From the NCBI RefSeq assembly GCF_009914755.1, contig NC_060939.1: DNA of 64,000 nt; one strand, given 5' to 3'. The first letter of the stretch is position 1; every line of letters starts with the position of its first letter. This DNA is from the human T2T-CHM13v2.0 reference genome, Homo sapiens. The notes beneath the pieces were generated by a model. The model saw only the letters and a list, made by a program, of their open reading frames with translations. It did no database searches and had not been told where the DNA came from. Positions 19,579-32,425 of the stretch are shown here, piece after piece. A program made the translations under genes and the position numbers.

Positions 19579-20069
19579 GCCTCTTGTGATCCTTTTTTTC
19601 TCTTATTGTGTATAAGTCACTTAGGCAATGAAAATTTTAGTTGTGAAAAAATGAACCAAAACTAAAGCCAGTTGTTAATGAAATTAATGGAACTCAGTAT
19701 ACTGTAAACAGCCTAAGAAAGTGATTACTTCATCCTGAAGAAGAATATATGATACATTAAAGAGAACATTGAATCTAGTATTTTAGATCTATAATACAAA
19801 CATTTCCTCAACAAAGAAATAAAAATATGTTTTATAAAATTCTTTCAACAAGTGCTTTTGCCAGTGCAAAATAGTCACAAATAAAAGATAAAAATCTATT
19901 TGAGTCACAAATGTAAGTTGAGAAAATCATTCATGAGAATTAGACTCAGAAAACATGTGATTCTTGATGGATATAAACTGTAAGAGAAAGCAGTGTAAGA
20001 AAAATCTATACAAACATATTAATGATTAAATAAATCATAGAGGCTTTACTGCAGCTACTATTGCCTTTG

Positions 20070-20680
20070 TTTTCAACTTAACTTTTTGTAAATTCATATA
20101 AATATTCAAAAAATGAACAAATCATAAATGTATAGCTCAATTAATTTTTTACAAATTTAATATATAGTGCTCACATAACCAGCACCTAGGAGTCCTCTGT
20201 TCTAGTTACTACCCATTCCAAGGGTAACTATTAGTCTCACTACTAACACAATAGATTAGTTTTATAGATGTTGACCTTTATATAAATAGACTCATACAGC
20301 ATCTACTCACTTGTATCTGGCTTTTTCTTTTTGTTTAACTAAGTTTGTGTGATTTAACCATATTGTTGTATATAGATATAATTTGTTCACTCTTATTTCT
20401 GGTAATATTTCATTGTATGAATATTCTGCAATTTACGTAAACTTCATATTACTGATGGGCATTTTTACAGTTTCTGTCTTGATGATTATAGACAGGCCTG
20501 ATATGAACATTTTGCTCTTTTTTCCGTGTACAGAAATGTGCACATTTCTATAGGGCATGTACCTGGAAGTCATACATATTCTGTGACAAAAGTATGCATA
20601 TGCTCAGCTTTAGTAGATATTGGCAGTTGTCCAAAATTATTGTATTAACCTGCACTCTCACCAGCATGGTTATCTTTTAT
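20070..20680 (-). mobile_element. L1ME-like 3' end
   Basis: acaaatcataaatgtatagctcaattaattttt ... gcatatgctcagctttagtagatattg. Confidence 0.65.
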
Positions 20681-20837
20681 CTTAAAAAATATAGGTCTGT
20701 GTTTTTATAGGATTTTAAGATGGCTGCCTATGGTGGTTGAATGCCAGTACTCCTCAGAAAGATTAAAGTTACAGGTTGATGGTCATGACCTGAGTGAAAA
20801 GCTAAGGGAATTATGCTCAAAACTGTTGGGAGAACAC

Positions 20838-23239
20838 TGTATTAGTTCAATTTCATACTGCTATGAAGAAAATACCCCAGACTGGGTAATTTATAAAGAA
20901 AAAAGAGGTTTAATGGACTCACAGTTTCACACGGCTGGGGAGGCCGCACAATCATGGCAGAAGGCAAAGGAGGAGCAAAACTAGGTCTTACCTGGCAGCA
21001 GGCAAGAATGATCACGTTCAGGGGAACAGCCCTTTATAAAACCTTCAGATCTCAGGAGACTTATTCACTATCATGAGAACAGCATGGAAAAAAAAACACT
21101 CCCATGATTCAATTATTTTCCACTGGGTCCCTCCCATAACACATGGGGATTATGTGCTACAATTCAAGATGAGATTTGGGTGGGGGACACAGTCAAACCA
21201 TATCATTCCATGCCTGGCCCCTCCCAAAACTCATGTCCTGACATTTCAAAATACAATCATGCCCTTGCAACAGTCCCCCAAAGTCTCAACTCATTCCACC
21301 ATTAACTCAAAAGTCTACAGTCCAAAATCTCATCTGAGACAAAGCAAGTCTCTTCTGACTATGAGCTTGTAATATCAAAAGCAACTTAATTACTTCCTAG
21401 ATAAAATGCGGGTACAGGCATTTGGTAAATACACCTGTTCCAAATGGGAGAAGTTGGCCAAAGTGAAGGGGCTACAGGCCCCATGCAAGTCTGAAATCCA
21501 GCAGAGCAGTCAAATCTTAAAGCTTCAAAATGATCTCCTACGACTCCATGTCTCACATCTACATCATGCTGATGCAAGAGATGGGCTCCCATGGCCTTGG
21601 GCAGCTCCACCCCTGTGGCTTTGCAGGGTACAGCTTCCCTCTTGGCTGCTTTCATGGGTTGGCATTGAGTGTCTGTGGCTTTTACAGGCACATGGTGCAA
21701 GCTGTCAGTGGAGCTACAATTCTGGGGTCTAGAGGACAGTGGCCCTCTTCTCACAGCTCCACTAGGCAGTACCCCCGTGGGGACTCTATGTGGGGACTCT
21801 CACCCCACATTTCCCTTTCACACTGCCCTTGCAGAGGTTCTCCATGAGGGTTCCACCCCTGCAGCACACCTCTGCCTGGATATCCAGGCATTTCCATACA
21901 TCCTCTAATTTCTAGGCAGAAGGTACCAAACCCCAATGCTTAACTTCTGTGCACCCTCAGGCTCAACACCATGTGTAAGCCACCGAGGCTTGCACCCTCT
22001 GAAGCAATGTCCTGATCTGTACATTGTATGTTGGCTCCATTTCATCCATGGCTGGGACACAGGGCACCAAGTCCCAAGACTGCACAAAGCAGCAAGGCCC
22101 TGGACCCAGCCCACAAAACCACTTTTTCTTCCTAGGCCTCAGCTTGTGATGAGAGGGGCTGCTGTGAAGACCTCTGACATGCCCTGGAGATATTTTCCCC
22201 ATTGTCTTAGCAATTAACAGTTGGCTCCTCATTACTTATGCAAATTTCTGCAGCTGGTTTGAATTTCTCCTCAGAAAATGGGCTTTTCTTTTCCGTCGCA
22301 TTATTGGGCTGCAAATTTTCTGAACTTTTATGCTTGGCTTCCCTTTTAAACATAAATTCCAATTCCAAACCATATATTTGTGAATACATAAAGCTGAATG
22401 CTTTTAAGAGCACCCAAGTCACATCTTGAATGCTTTGCTGCTTAGAAATTTCTTCTGCTAGATACTCTAAATCATCTCTCTCAAGTTCAAAGTTCCACAG
22501 ATCTCTAAGGTAGGGGGAAAATGCCATTAGTCTCTTTGCTAAAGAGTAGCAAGGAACACTTTTGCTCCAGTTTCCAATAAATTCCTCATCTCCGTCTGAC
22601 ACCACTTCATCCTGGACTTTATTGTCCATATCACTATCAGCATCAAAATGCTGACAGTTAAAGCCATTCAACAAATCTCTAGGAAGTTCCAAACTTTCCC
22701 ACATCTTCCTGTCTTCTGAGCCCTCCAAGTCTCCAGGAAGTTCCAAACTTTTCCACATGTTTATGTTTTCTTCTGAGCCCTCCAAACTGTTTCAACCTCT
22801 CTGCCTGTTATCCTGTTCCAAAGTTGCTTCCACATTTTTGCGTATCTTAATAGTACCCTGCTCTCCTGGTGCCAATTTACTGTATTAGTCTGTTATCATA
22901 CTGCTGTGAAGAAATACCTAAGACTGGGTAAATTATAAAGAAAAAGGAGGTGTAATTAAACTCACAGTTTCACATAGCCAGGGAGACCTCACAATCATGG
23001 TGGAAAGCAAAGGAGAGCAAAGGCACATCTTACATGGTGGCTGGCAAGAGAGAGCATGTGCAGGCGGAGCTGCCCTTTATAAAACCATCAGATCTTGTGA
23101 GACTTATTTACTATCATGAGAACAGCGTGGGAAAAACTCATCCCCATGATTCAATTACCTCCCATCAAGTCCCTTCCATGACACATGGAAGCTACAGTTC
23201 AAGATGAGATTTGCGTGGGGACACAGCCAAACCATATCA
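20838..23239 (-). mobile_element. Full-length THE1 (THE1D-like): LTRs 20838-21205 and 22881-23239
   Basis: Paired LTRs tgtattagt...accatatca, MaLR internal region, 5-bp TSD aacac / aaccc. Confidence 0.9.
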
Positions 23240-25626
23240 AACCCCCAGGAAGAAGCTGGGCCACAGGAAAGGAAGACAGCAAGAGTCTGGTAGAGATTGA
23301 TGCCTGGAGAACTTGAAGTCCCAGTGAAAGGATAGGTGGAAATATTTCTTTGCTCCCCTCACCCCAAGACAGACTACTGACCACTGAATTGTCAGAGTCC
23401 CTCTTCCCTTGTGAGCACAAGCAATGCTGTTGGAAGTGATATGGGAACTTCCTGGGGGTACAGCACAGGGCAGCCAGATTGTGCATGTGTGTTCACGCTC
23501 CCCTCAAACCTGAATTGAGGTGGTGGGTGCCATACTGCTTGTACACTTGTTATGGGACACCGTCTCATCCAGGGAATCTTAGCCCTGTGTTGTTGCATCA
23601 CCAGATCATCTGGAAACATGCTCTGGAACACACTCTGACTTTGGCAATCACAGGGGACCAGCCAGACGCTAGGGAGCTGTGGGATTCCTGGAGACCTAGC
23701 CCTTAGCATGGGCTGCCCCAAGGAAAAGGGGCAGTGCAGCCCATTAAAGTGCCCTTTGAAACAAAGGAAACATGGGTGTGTGGTGATCTCTGAAAGGGGC
23801 AATGTTGTTCTGCCTAGCAAAAGGGCAGCAACTAGTGGCTGACAATGGACATGGAGGGGGTTCATCTCTTACTCCCCTTGTCTACAGCTGTGGACATAGC
23901 CAAGGCTTTCCCCACTGGGAACTAAAGCAAACAAACTTGGAGACAGCCTTTCCTATGCTATTTGTGTTCAGTTACACCTCCCTGAAAGTGTGCCTGCTGC
24001 CACCTGAGCTTGCACAAAGGGAGGGCTTATCTCCCCTTCCTGCAAAAGAGTGCAGACCAGCTGCAGAGCTGTTTGGAGCTGGGGAGAGAGTTTCTTCCCC
24101 AGGCCATTTTGGTAGCTACCAGATGGGTGTTTTCCATGGACCTAGTCACATCGTGGTCTCCAGATAAAGAACAGAATCTATTTTAACTGAAGCTTGCAAG
24201 CCCTATGACAGGGGCATGATAGGAAAGCAAATTATATTTCTACCTGCCAAAGATGAGGAGATGGTGCAGCCCCCACGCCATTTCTCCACCCCAGACCTCA
24301 GCACATTCAACCATGAACTCCCTCCACCACCCCTATCAGGGCGGCATTTCCACTCATTATCAAGATACTGGAGGGTGATCTGGCTTCCAGTCTTAAGCAC
24401 CACCTACTGTACTGGGAACTGAACTGCACCACCAAATAACCTGCTGAAGCACACCATGCTAGGGCAGGAGATAAGCTTCCTAAGACATCCACACTCTCAG
24501 CCACACAGAAGACAGTGAGTCAGTTCATACACCCAATACACAGCTACAACAGGAGCCATTTGAGAAAATCATGTCCAAAAGCTATCTATAAGCAAGGAAC
24601 CCGTAACAGTGTCTTAGCCCCTGGAGATCACCCAGGAACAAACCAAAATGATCATACACAACATACACTACAGTCAGAAACACAAAGGAGAAAAGAATAA
24701 AAAATTTAGAAGTCCCATCTAAATGATAGCAAATTTAAAAATAAGAAGTGATAGCTTCTTCAGTTGAGAAGGATTCTGTGCAAAAACTCTGGAAGCAAAT
24801 AAGACAGAGTGTTTTGACATCCCCAAAGGAATCACAGTCATTTCTCTAGCAATGGATATGAACCAAATGAAAATTCTAAAATGACACATAAAGAATTCAA
24901 AATATGGATTGTAAGGAAGCTCAATAAGACCCAAGACAAAGTTGAAAAACAACACAGATAAAAAATTCAGAATATGAAAGATGAAATCGATATATTTTAA
25001 GGAACCAACAGAACTTCTAAAAATAAAAAACTCTCTGAAAGAATTTCAAAATACAGTTTAAAGCTTTAACAATAGACTAGACCAAGTAGAAGAAAAAAAT
25101 TTCAGAGCTTGAAAACTAGTCTTTCAAATTAACTCAGTCATACAAAAATTAAAAAAAGAAAGAATTTTTTAAAATGAAAGAAGTCTTTAAGAGATATGGG
25201 ATTACGTAAAGCAACCAAACCTATGACTTATAGACATTTCTGAGGCAGAAGAAGAAAAAGGAATTTGAAAACATATTTGAGGGAATAATTCAGGAAAATT
25301 TCCCTGATCTTGCTAGAGATGAACACATCCAAATACAAGAAATTCAAGGACACCTGGGAGATTCTATACAAAACAAGCTTCACTAAAGCATACAGTAATC
25401 AGACTCTCCATCTCTACTCTCCATACAGTACTCAGACTCTCTTTCTTTTACTCTCTTCAATGTGAAAGAAAAAATCTTAAGAGCAGATGTAGAGAAGTAG
25501 CAAATCAGCTATAAAGAAAATCTCATCAGACTAACAGCAGACTTCTAAGCAGAAACCTTGAAGCTAGAAGAGATGCTAGAAGAGTGAGCCTAGGGTTAGT
25601 CTTCTTAAAGAAAACAAAAAGCCAGC

Positions 25627-27916
25627 TGATATGGTTTGGCTGTGTCCCCACCCAAATCTCATCTTCAATGCCCACATGTTGCGGGAGGGTTGCAGTGGGA
25701 AGTAATTGAATCATGACGGTAGGTTTTTCCCTGCTGTTCTTGGGATGGTGAATAAGTCTCACAAGATCTGATAGTTTAAAAAATGGGAGTTTCCCCGCAC
25801 AAGCTCTCTCTTTGCCTGCTGCCATCCATGTAAGAAATGACTTGCTTCTCCCTGCCTTCCACCACGATTGTGAGGCCTCCCCAGCCATGTGGAACCCTAA
25901 GTCCATTAAATCTTTTTCCTGTATAAATTACCCAGTCTCGTGTATGTCTTTATTAGCAGCACAAAAGCAGACTAATTCAGTAAATTGGTACCGGTATAGT
26001 GGGGTGCTGCTAAAAAGATACCAAAAAATGTGGAAGAGACTTTGGAACTGGGTAACAGGCAGAGGTTGGAACAATTTGGAGGGCCCAGAAGACAGGAAGA
26101 TGTGAGGAAGTTTGGAACTTCCTAGAAATTTGTTGAATGGCTTTCACTATCAGCATTTTTATGCTAATAGTGATATGGACAATGAAATCCAGTCTGAAGT
26201 GGTCTCAGATGGAGATGAAGAACTTGTTGGAAACTGGAGCAAAGGTGACTCTTGTTATATTTTAGCAAAGAGACTGGTGGCATTTAGGCCCTGCCCTAGA
26301 GATCTGTGGAACTTCGAACTTGAGAGAGATGATTTAGGTTATTTGGCAGAAGAAATTTCTAAGCAGCAAAGCATTCAAGATGTGACTTGGATGCTGTTAA
26401 AAGCATTCAGTTTTAAAGGGAAACAGAGCACAAAAGATAAAAAAAATTGCAGCCTGATTATGCGACAGAAACGAAAATCCCATTTTCTGAGGAGAAATTC
26501 AAGGCAGCTGCAAAATTTGCATAAGTAATGAAGAGCTGAATGTTAATCCCCAACAGAATGGGGAAAATGTCATCAGGGCATGTCAGAGGTCTTCATGGCA
26601 GCCCCTCCCATCACAGGCTTGGAGGCCTAGAAGGGAAAGATGGTTTTGTCAGCTGGGCCTAGGGCTCCCTGCTCTGTGCAGCCTAGGGACTTGGTTTCCT
26701 GTGTTCCAGCCACTCCAGTCATAGCTAAAAGGGGCTCGAGTGGTTTGTTCAGGGGGTGGAAGCCCCAAGCCTTGGCAGCCTCCATGTGGTGTTGAGCCTG
26801 CAGGTGCACAGAAGTCAAGAATTGAGGTTTGGGAACGTCCGCCTAGATTTCATAGGATGTATGGAAATGCCTCGATACCCAGGCAGAAGTTTGCTGCACG
26901 GGAGGGACCCTCATGGAGAATCTCTGCTAGGGCAGTGCAGAAGGAAAATGTGGGGTCAGAGCCCCCACAGAGTCCCTATTGGGGCACTGCCTAGTGGATC
27001 TGTGAGAAGATGGCCACTGCTCTCCAGTCCCCAGAATGGTAGATCCACTGACAGCCTTCACTGTGCACCTGGAAAAGCCACAGACACTCAACGCCAGCTG
27101 GTGAAAGCAGCCTGGAGGAGGGATATACCCTGCAAAGCCACAGGTATGGAACTGCCCAAGCCTGTGGAAGTCCACCTCTTGCATCAGTGTGACCTGGATG
27201 TGAGACATGGAGTCAAAGGAGATCATTTTGGAGCTTTGAGATTTGACTCCCCCACCAGATTTCAGACTTGCATGGGGTCCGTGGCCCCTTTGTTTTGGCC
27301 AATTTCTCCCATTTGGAATGGCTGTATTTACCCAACGCCTGTACTCTAATTGTATCTAGGAAGTAACTAACTTGCTTTTGATTTCACAGGCTCATAGGCA
27401 GAAGGGGCTTGCCTTGTCTCAGATGAGACTTTGGATTGTGGACTTTTGAGTTAATGCTGAAATGAGTTAAGACTTTGAGGGACTGTTGGGAAGGCATTAT
27501 TGGTTTTGAAATGTGAGGACATGAGATTTGGGAGGGAATCGGGGTAAAATGATATGGCTTGGCTGTGTCCCCACCCAAATCTCATCTTGAATTCCCACAT
27601 GTTATGGGAGGGACCCAGTGGGAGGTAATTGAATCATGGGGGCAGGTTTTTCCCTGATGTTCTTGGGATAGTGAATAAGTCTCATGAGATCTGATGGTTT
27701 TAAAAATGGGAGTTTCCCTGCAAAGTTCTCTCTTCGCCTGCTGCCATCCATGTAAGACATGACTTGTTCCTCCTTGCCTTCTGCCATGATTGTGAGGCCT
27801 CCACAGCCATATGGAACTGTAAGTCCATTAAACTTAAGTACATTAAACCTTTTTCCTGTATGAATTACCCAATCTTGGATATGTCTTTATTGGCAGCATG
27901 AAAACAGACTAATAAA
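25627..27916 (+). mobile_element. Full-length THE1 (THE1B-like): LTRs 25627-25979 and 27550-27916
   Basis: Paired LTRs starting tgatatgg(t/c)ttggctgtgtccccacccaaatctc. Perfect TSD ccagc at 25622-25626 and 27917-27921. Confidence 0.92.
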
Positions 27917-28078
27917 CCAGCCAATCATTTTATATGCTGCAAAATCGAGCTTCCTAAATGAAGGAGAAATAAAACACTAAAGTAATTTGTCACCATTAGA
28001 CCAGTTCTACAGGACCTGCCTATAACAGACCCATCAAATGTGTACAGATACCTAGAGACTCAAAGTTAAAGGGTGGAG

Positions 28079-28080
<2 letters not shown>

Positions 28081-28128
<48 letters not shown>
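28081..28128. repeat. (AT)24 perfect microsatellite
   Basis: Read directly from the sequence. Confidence 0.98.
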
Positions 28129-28131
<3 letters not shown>

Positions 28132-31100
28132 AAACAGAGCACAAAAATGAACAGGAGTAGTACTCTTACATCAAATAAAGCAGACTTTAAAACAACAATG
28201 GTAAAAAAAAAGACAAAGAAGGATATCATATGATATTGAAGGGTTCAATTCAACAAGATTTAACGATCTTAAATATATATGAAGCCAACAATGGAGCACA
28301 AAGATTCATAAAACAAAGAATAATAAACCTTAGAAAAGAGATGGACAGCAATACAGTAATAGTGGAGGACTTCAACACCCCACTGACAGACCTAGATACC
28401 ATCAAGGTAGAAAATCAAGAAAGGAACTCTGGACTTAAACTGGACTCTAGACCAAACGAACCTAATAGACATTTAAAGAAGATTCTACCCAACAATTGCA
28501 AAAGAAACATTTTTCTCATCAGCATATGGAACATTCTCCAAAACTGACCAGATGCTTAGCAATAAAGCAAGTCTCAATAAATTTCGAAAACTGAAATTGT
28601 ATCAAGTATCTTATCAGACCACAGTGGAATAAAATTAAAAATCAATCCTAAAATGAACTCTCAAAGTTACACAAGTACAGGGAAACGAAACAACTTGCTC
28701 CTGAAGGACTTTTGGGTAAAAAATGAAATTTGGGCAGCAATAAAAAAATTTTGAAATCAATGAAGCAGACACATAATATACCAAAACATCTAAGATATGG
28801 TAAAATCTGTGCTGAGAGTAAAGTTTACAGTGTTAAATGCCAACATCAAAAATATCGAGATCTCAAATTAACAACCTAACATTTACCCCAAGGAACTAGA
28901 AAAACAAGAACAAACTAAACCCAAAGCTACAAGAAGAAAATAAATAACAAAGATAAGAGCAGAAGTGAATGTAATTGAGATTAAGAAAGTGATACAAAAC
29001 ATTAATGAAATGAAAAGTTGGTTATTTGAAAGGAGAAACAAGATTGATAGACCATTAGGTAGATTTGCCAAGCAAAAAAGAAAGAAGATTCAAATAAGCA
29101 CAGTCAGAAATGGTAAAACTGACTTACCACTGATATCAGAGAAATACAAAGGATCATCAGAGACTATTTTGAACATCTCTATGTGTACAAACTAGAAAAC
29201 CTAGAAGAAATGGATAAATTTTGTGGAATATACAACCTCCCATGATTGAACCAGGAAGAAATAGAAATTCTGAACAGATCAAGTAGGAGTAATAAAATTG
29301 AATCAATTAAAAAAACAACAAAAAAGTCCAGGACCAGACAAATTCACAGTCAAATGTTACCAGATGTTCAAAGAAGAGCTAGTTTCAATCTTATTGAAAC
29401 TACTCCAAAACATCAAGGAGGAGGGAATCTCATCTAACTGATTCTACAAAACCAGTATCACCCAGTACCAAAATCAGGTAAGGACACCATAAAAAAGAAA
29501 ACTACAGTTCAATATTTCTGATGAACACGGATGTAAAAATTTTCAAAAAAACAACCAGCAAACTGATTCCAACAGCACATCCAAAAAGATAATGCATCAC
29601 GGTCAAGTGGGTTTTATTCCAGGGATGTAAGGATGGCTCAAGATATGAAAATCAATAATGTGATATATTATATAAACAGAATTAAAAACAAAAACCATCC
29701 AATCATCTCAATATATGCAGAATAAGCATTCAACAAAATCCAACATCCCTTCAGTCATCAAAGGAACCATACCTCAAAATAGTAAGAACCATCAAACACA
29801 CAGCCAACATCATACTAAATGGGAAAAAGCTGGAAACATTCCCCATGAGAACCAAAATAAGACATGTATGCATGCTCTTACCACTCCTATTCAACACTGT
29901 ACTGTAAATTTGTCCAGAAAACTCAGGCAAGCGAGAAATAATAGAAGACACCCAAATTGGAAAAAAGGTCAAATTATTTGTTTGCTATGACATGATCTTT
30001 TACCTAGAAAACTTTAAGTATTCCTCCAAAAGACTCACAGATTTAATAAATTATTTCAGTAAAGTTTCAGGAAATAAAACAGTGTACAGAAATCAGTAGC
30101 ATTTCTACACACTGATAATGTTCAAGCTAAAACCAAACCAAAACTCAGTCCCATTTACAACAGACATATACACAAAAATTAAATACCTAGGAATACATTT
30201 AACTAAGAAAGTGAAAGATCTCTACAAAGAGAACTACATAACACTGATGAAAGAAATCTCAGAAGACACAAATGAATCAAAAAAGATCCCATATTTACGG
30301 GTTGTAAGAATCAATATCATTAAAATGACCATGATGCCCAAAACAATCTACTGATTCAATGCAATTCCTATCAAATTACTAATGTCTTTTTTTGACAGGA
30401 TTAGAAAAAACAACCCTAAAATTAATATGGAATCAAAAAATGCCTGTGTATCCAAAGCAATTCAGCAAAAACAACAAAGTTGGAGGTATCACATCACATG
30501 ACTTCAAGTTAAACTACAAAGCTATAGTAACCCAAATAACATAGTGCTGGTACAATAGACACATAGATCAATGAAGCAAAATAGAGAACCTATAAATAAA
30601 CCCACATATCTGCAACCAATTGATCTTTGACTAAGTCAACAAAAGTAAACAATAGAGAAAGAACACCTATTCAATAAATGGTGCTGGGAAAACTGGATAG
30701 CCATATGCAGAAAACGAAACTGGACCCCTATCTCTCATCGTATGCAAAAATTAACCTAAGATAGATGAGAGACTGAAATATAAGAACTGAAACTATAAAA
30801 TAATTCCAGAAAAAAAAACTAGGAAGAATTCTTCTTGACATTGTCTTGGGCAAAGAATTTATGACTAAGACTTCAAAGGCAAATGTAATGAAAACAAAAC
30901 AGACCAGTGAGACGTAACCTAAAAACCGTCTGCACAGCAAAAGAAATAATAAACAGAGTAAACAGACAATCTACAGAATGAGAAAAAGTATTTGCAAATT
31001 GTGCCTCTGACAAAGGACTAATTTTCACAATCTACAAACAACAAGAGAAAAACACTCCATTAAAAAGTGGGCAAAGGATATGAACAGACATTTCTCAAAA

Positions 31101-31934
31101 GAAAATATAAAAGCAACCAACAAACATAAGAAAAAATGCTCAACATCACTGATTATCAGAGAAGCACATTAAAACCACAATGAGATACCATCTCAAACCA
31201 ATCAGAATGGCTATTATCAAAAAGTCAAAAATAACAGATACTGGTGAGGATGTGGAGAAAAGGTAACTTACACACCATTTATGGGAATGTATAATACAGT
31301 AACTCCTATGGGAAAAAGCATGGAGATTTCTCAAAGAATTAAAAATAAAACTACCATTGAACCCAGCAGTCCTACTACTGGGTATAAACCCAAAGGAAAG
31401 CAAATCACTATACAAAAAAAGACACCTGCACTCATATGTTTATCACAACACTATTCACAATAGCAAAGTCTTGGAATAAACCTAAGTGTCTATCAATGGA
31501 TGATCAGATAAAGAAAATATGGAATATATACACCAAGGAATACTATGCAGCCATAAAAGGGAATACAATCATGTTTCTGCAGCAATATGGATGGAGCTGG
31601 ATGTCATTATTCTATGAGAAATAACTCAGAAGCTGAAAACCAAATACCATATATTCTCATAAGTGGGAACTAAACAATGGGTACACATGGATATAAAGAT
31701 TAAAAAAAAGACACTGAGGACTCCAAAAGAGGGGAGGTTGAGAGGAGGGTCAGAGTTAAAAAATGAACTATTGGGTACTGTGTTTACTATTTGGGTGATA
31801 GGTTTACTAGAAGCCCAAATATCACCATTGCACAATATATCTATGTAACAAACCTGCACATGTACCTGCATCAAAAATAATCTAAAATAATCTAAAAATA
31901 AACATACACACAAAAGAAAATGTAGGTTTGATTT

Positions 31935-32425
31935 TTTTAAATTAAACTTCTTACTTGAGATAATTGTAGATGTACATAGAGTTGCAAGAAATAATACAAG
32001 GAGATACTCTGTACTTTTCACCCAGTTTCCCACAATGGTAACACCTTGTAAAACTATAGTGCAATATCACACTAGGATACAGACATTGATAGAGTCAAGA
32101 TACAGAACAGATCCATCACAAGTATCTCTCAAATTGCTTGCTTATAGTCACATCTACTCTTTTTCCTTCCCAGTCTCTTCTCTCATCTCTAAATCTTGGC
32201 TAGCACTAATCTTTTCCCAATTTCTGTAATTTTGTAACTTGAAGATTGTTATATAAATGAAATCAAATAGTATATGAACTTTTGGGATTGACTTTATTCA
32301 CTCAGCATAATTCTTTAGAGACTTATCCAAGTCATTTCATATATCTATAATCCATTCCCTTTTTATTGCTGAGTAGTTTTCCATGGCACAGATGCACCAT
32401 AGTTTGTTTAATCATTTGCCCTTAA
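31935..32425 (-). mobile_element. L1MC/MD-like 3' end
   Basis: gagataattgtagatgtacatagagttgcaagaaataataca ... cacccagtttcccacaatggtaaca. Confidence 0.7.

Larger units (their letters stand above)
20710..31915 (+). mobile_element. Near full-length old L1 (L1PB4-like) carrying two nested THE1 elements
   Basis: 5' end aagatggctg at ~20716; 5' UTR 23240-24700; ORF1 ~24700-28010; ORF2 ~28020-31550, decayed; PB-type 3' UTR. Possible degenerate TSD aaaatataggtctg / aaaatgtaggtttg. Confidence 0.8.

Noticed and set aside
22207-22785. 192-aa ORF, and similar ORFs at 26112-26528 and 26756-27349
   Set aside because: Residual MaLR internal reading frames inside THE1 elements, not host genes.
22676-22795. 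~52-bp tandem duplication in the THE1 internal region
   Set aside because: I recall this as a feature of some THE1-int subfamilies, so probably inherited rather than locus-specific.
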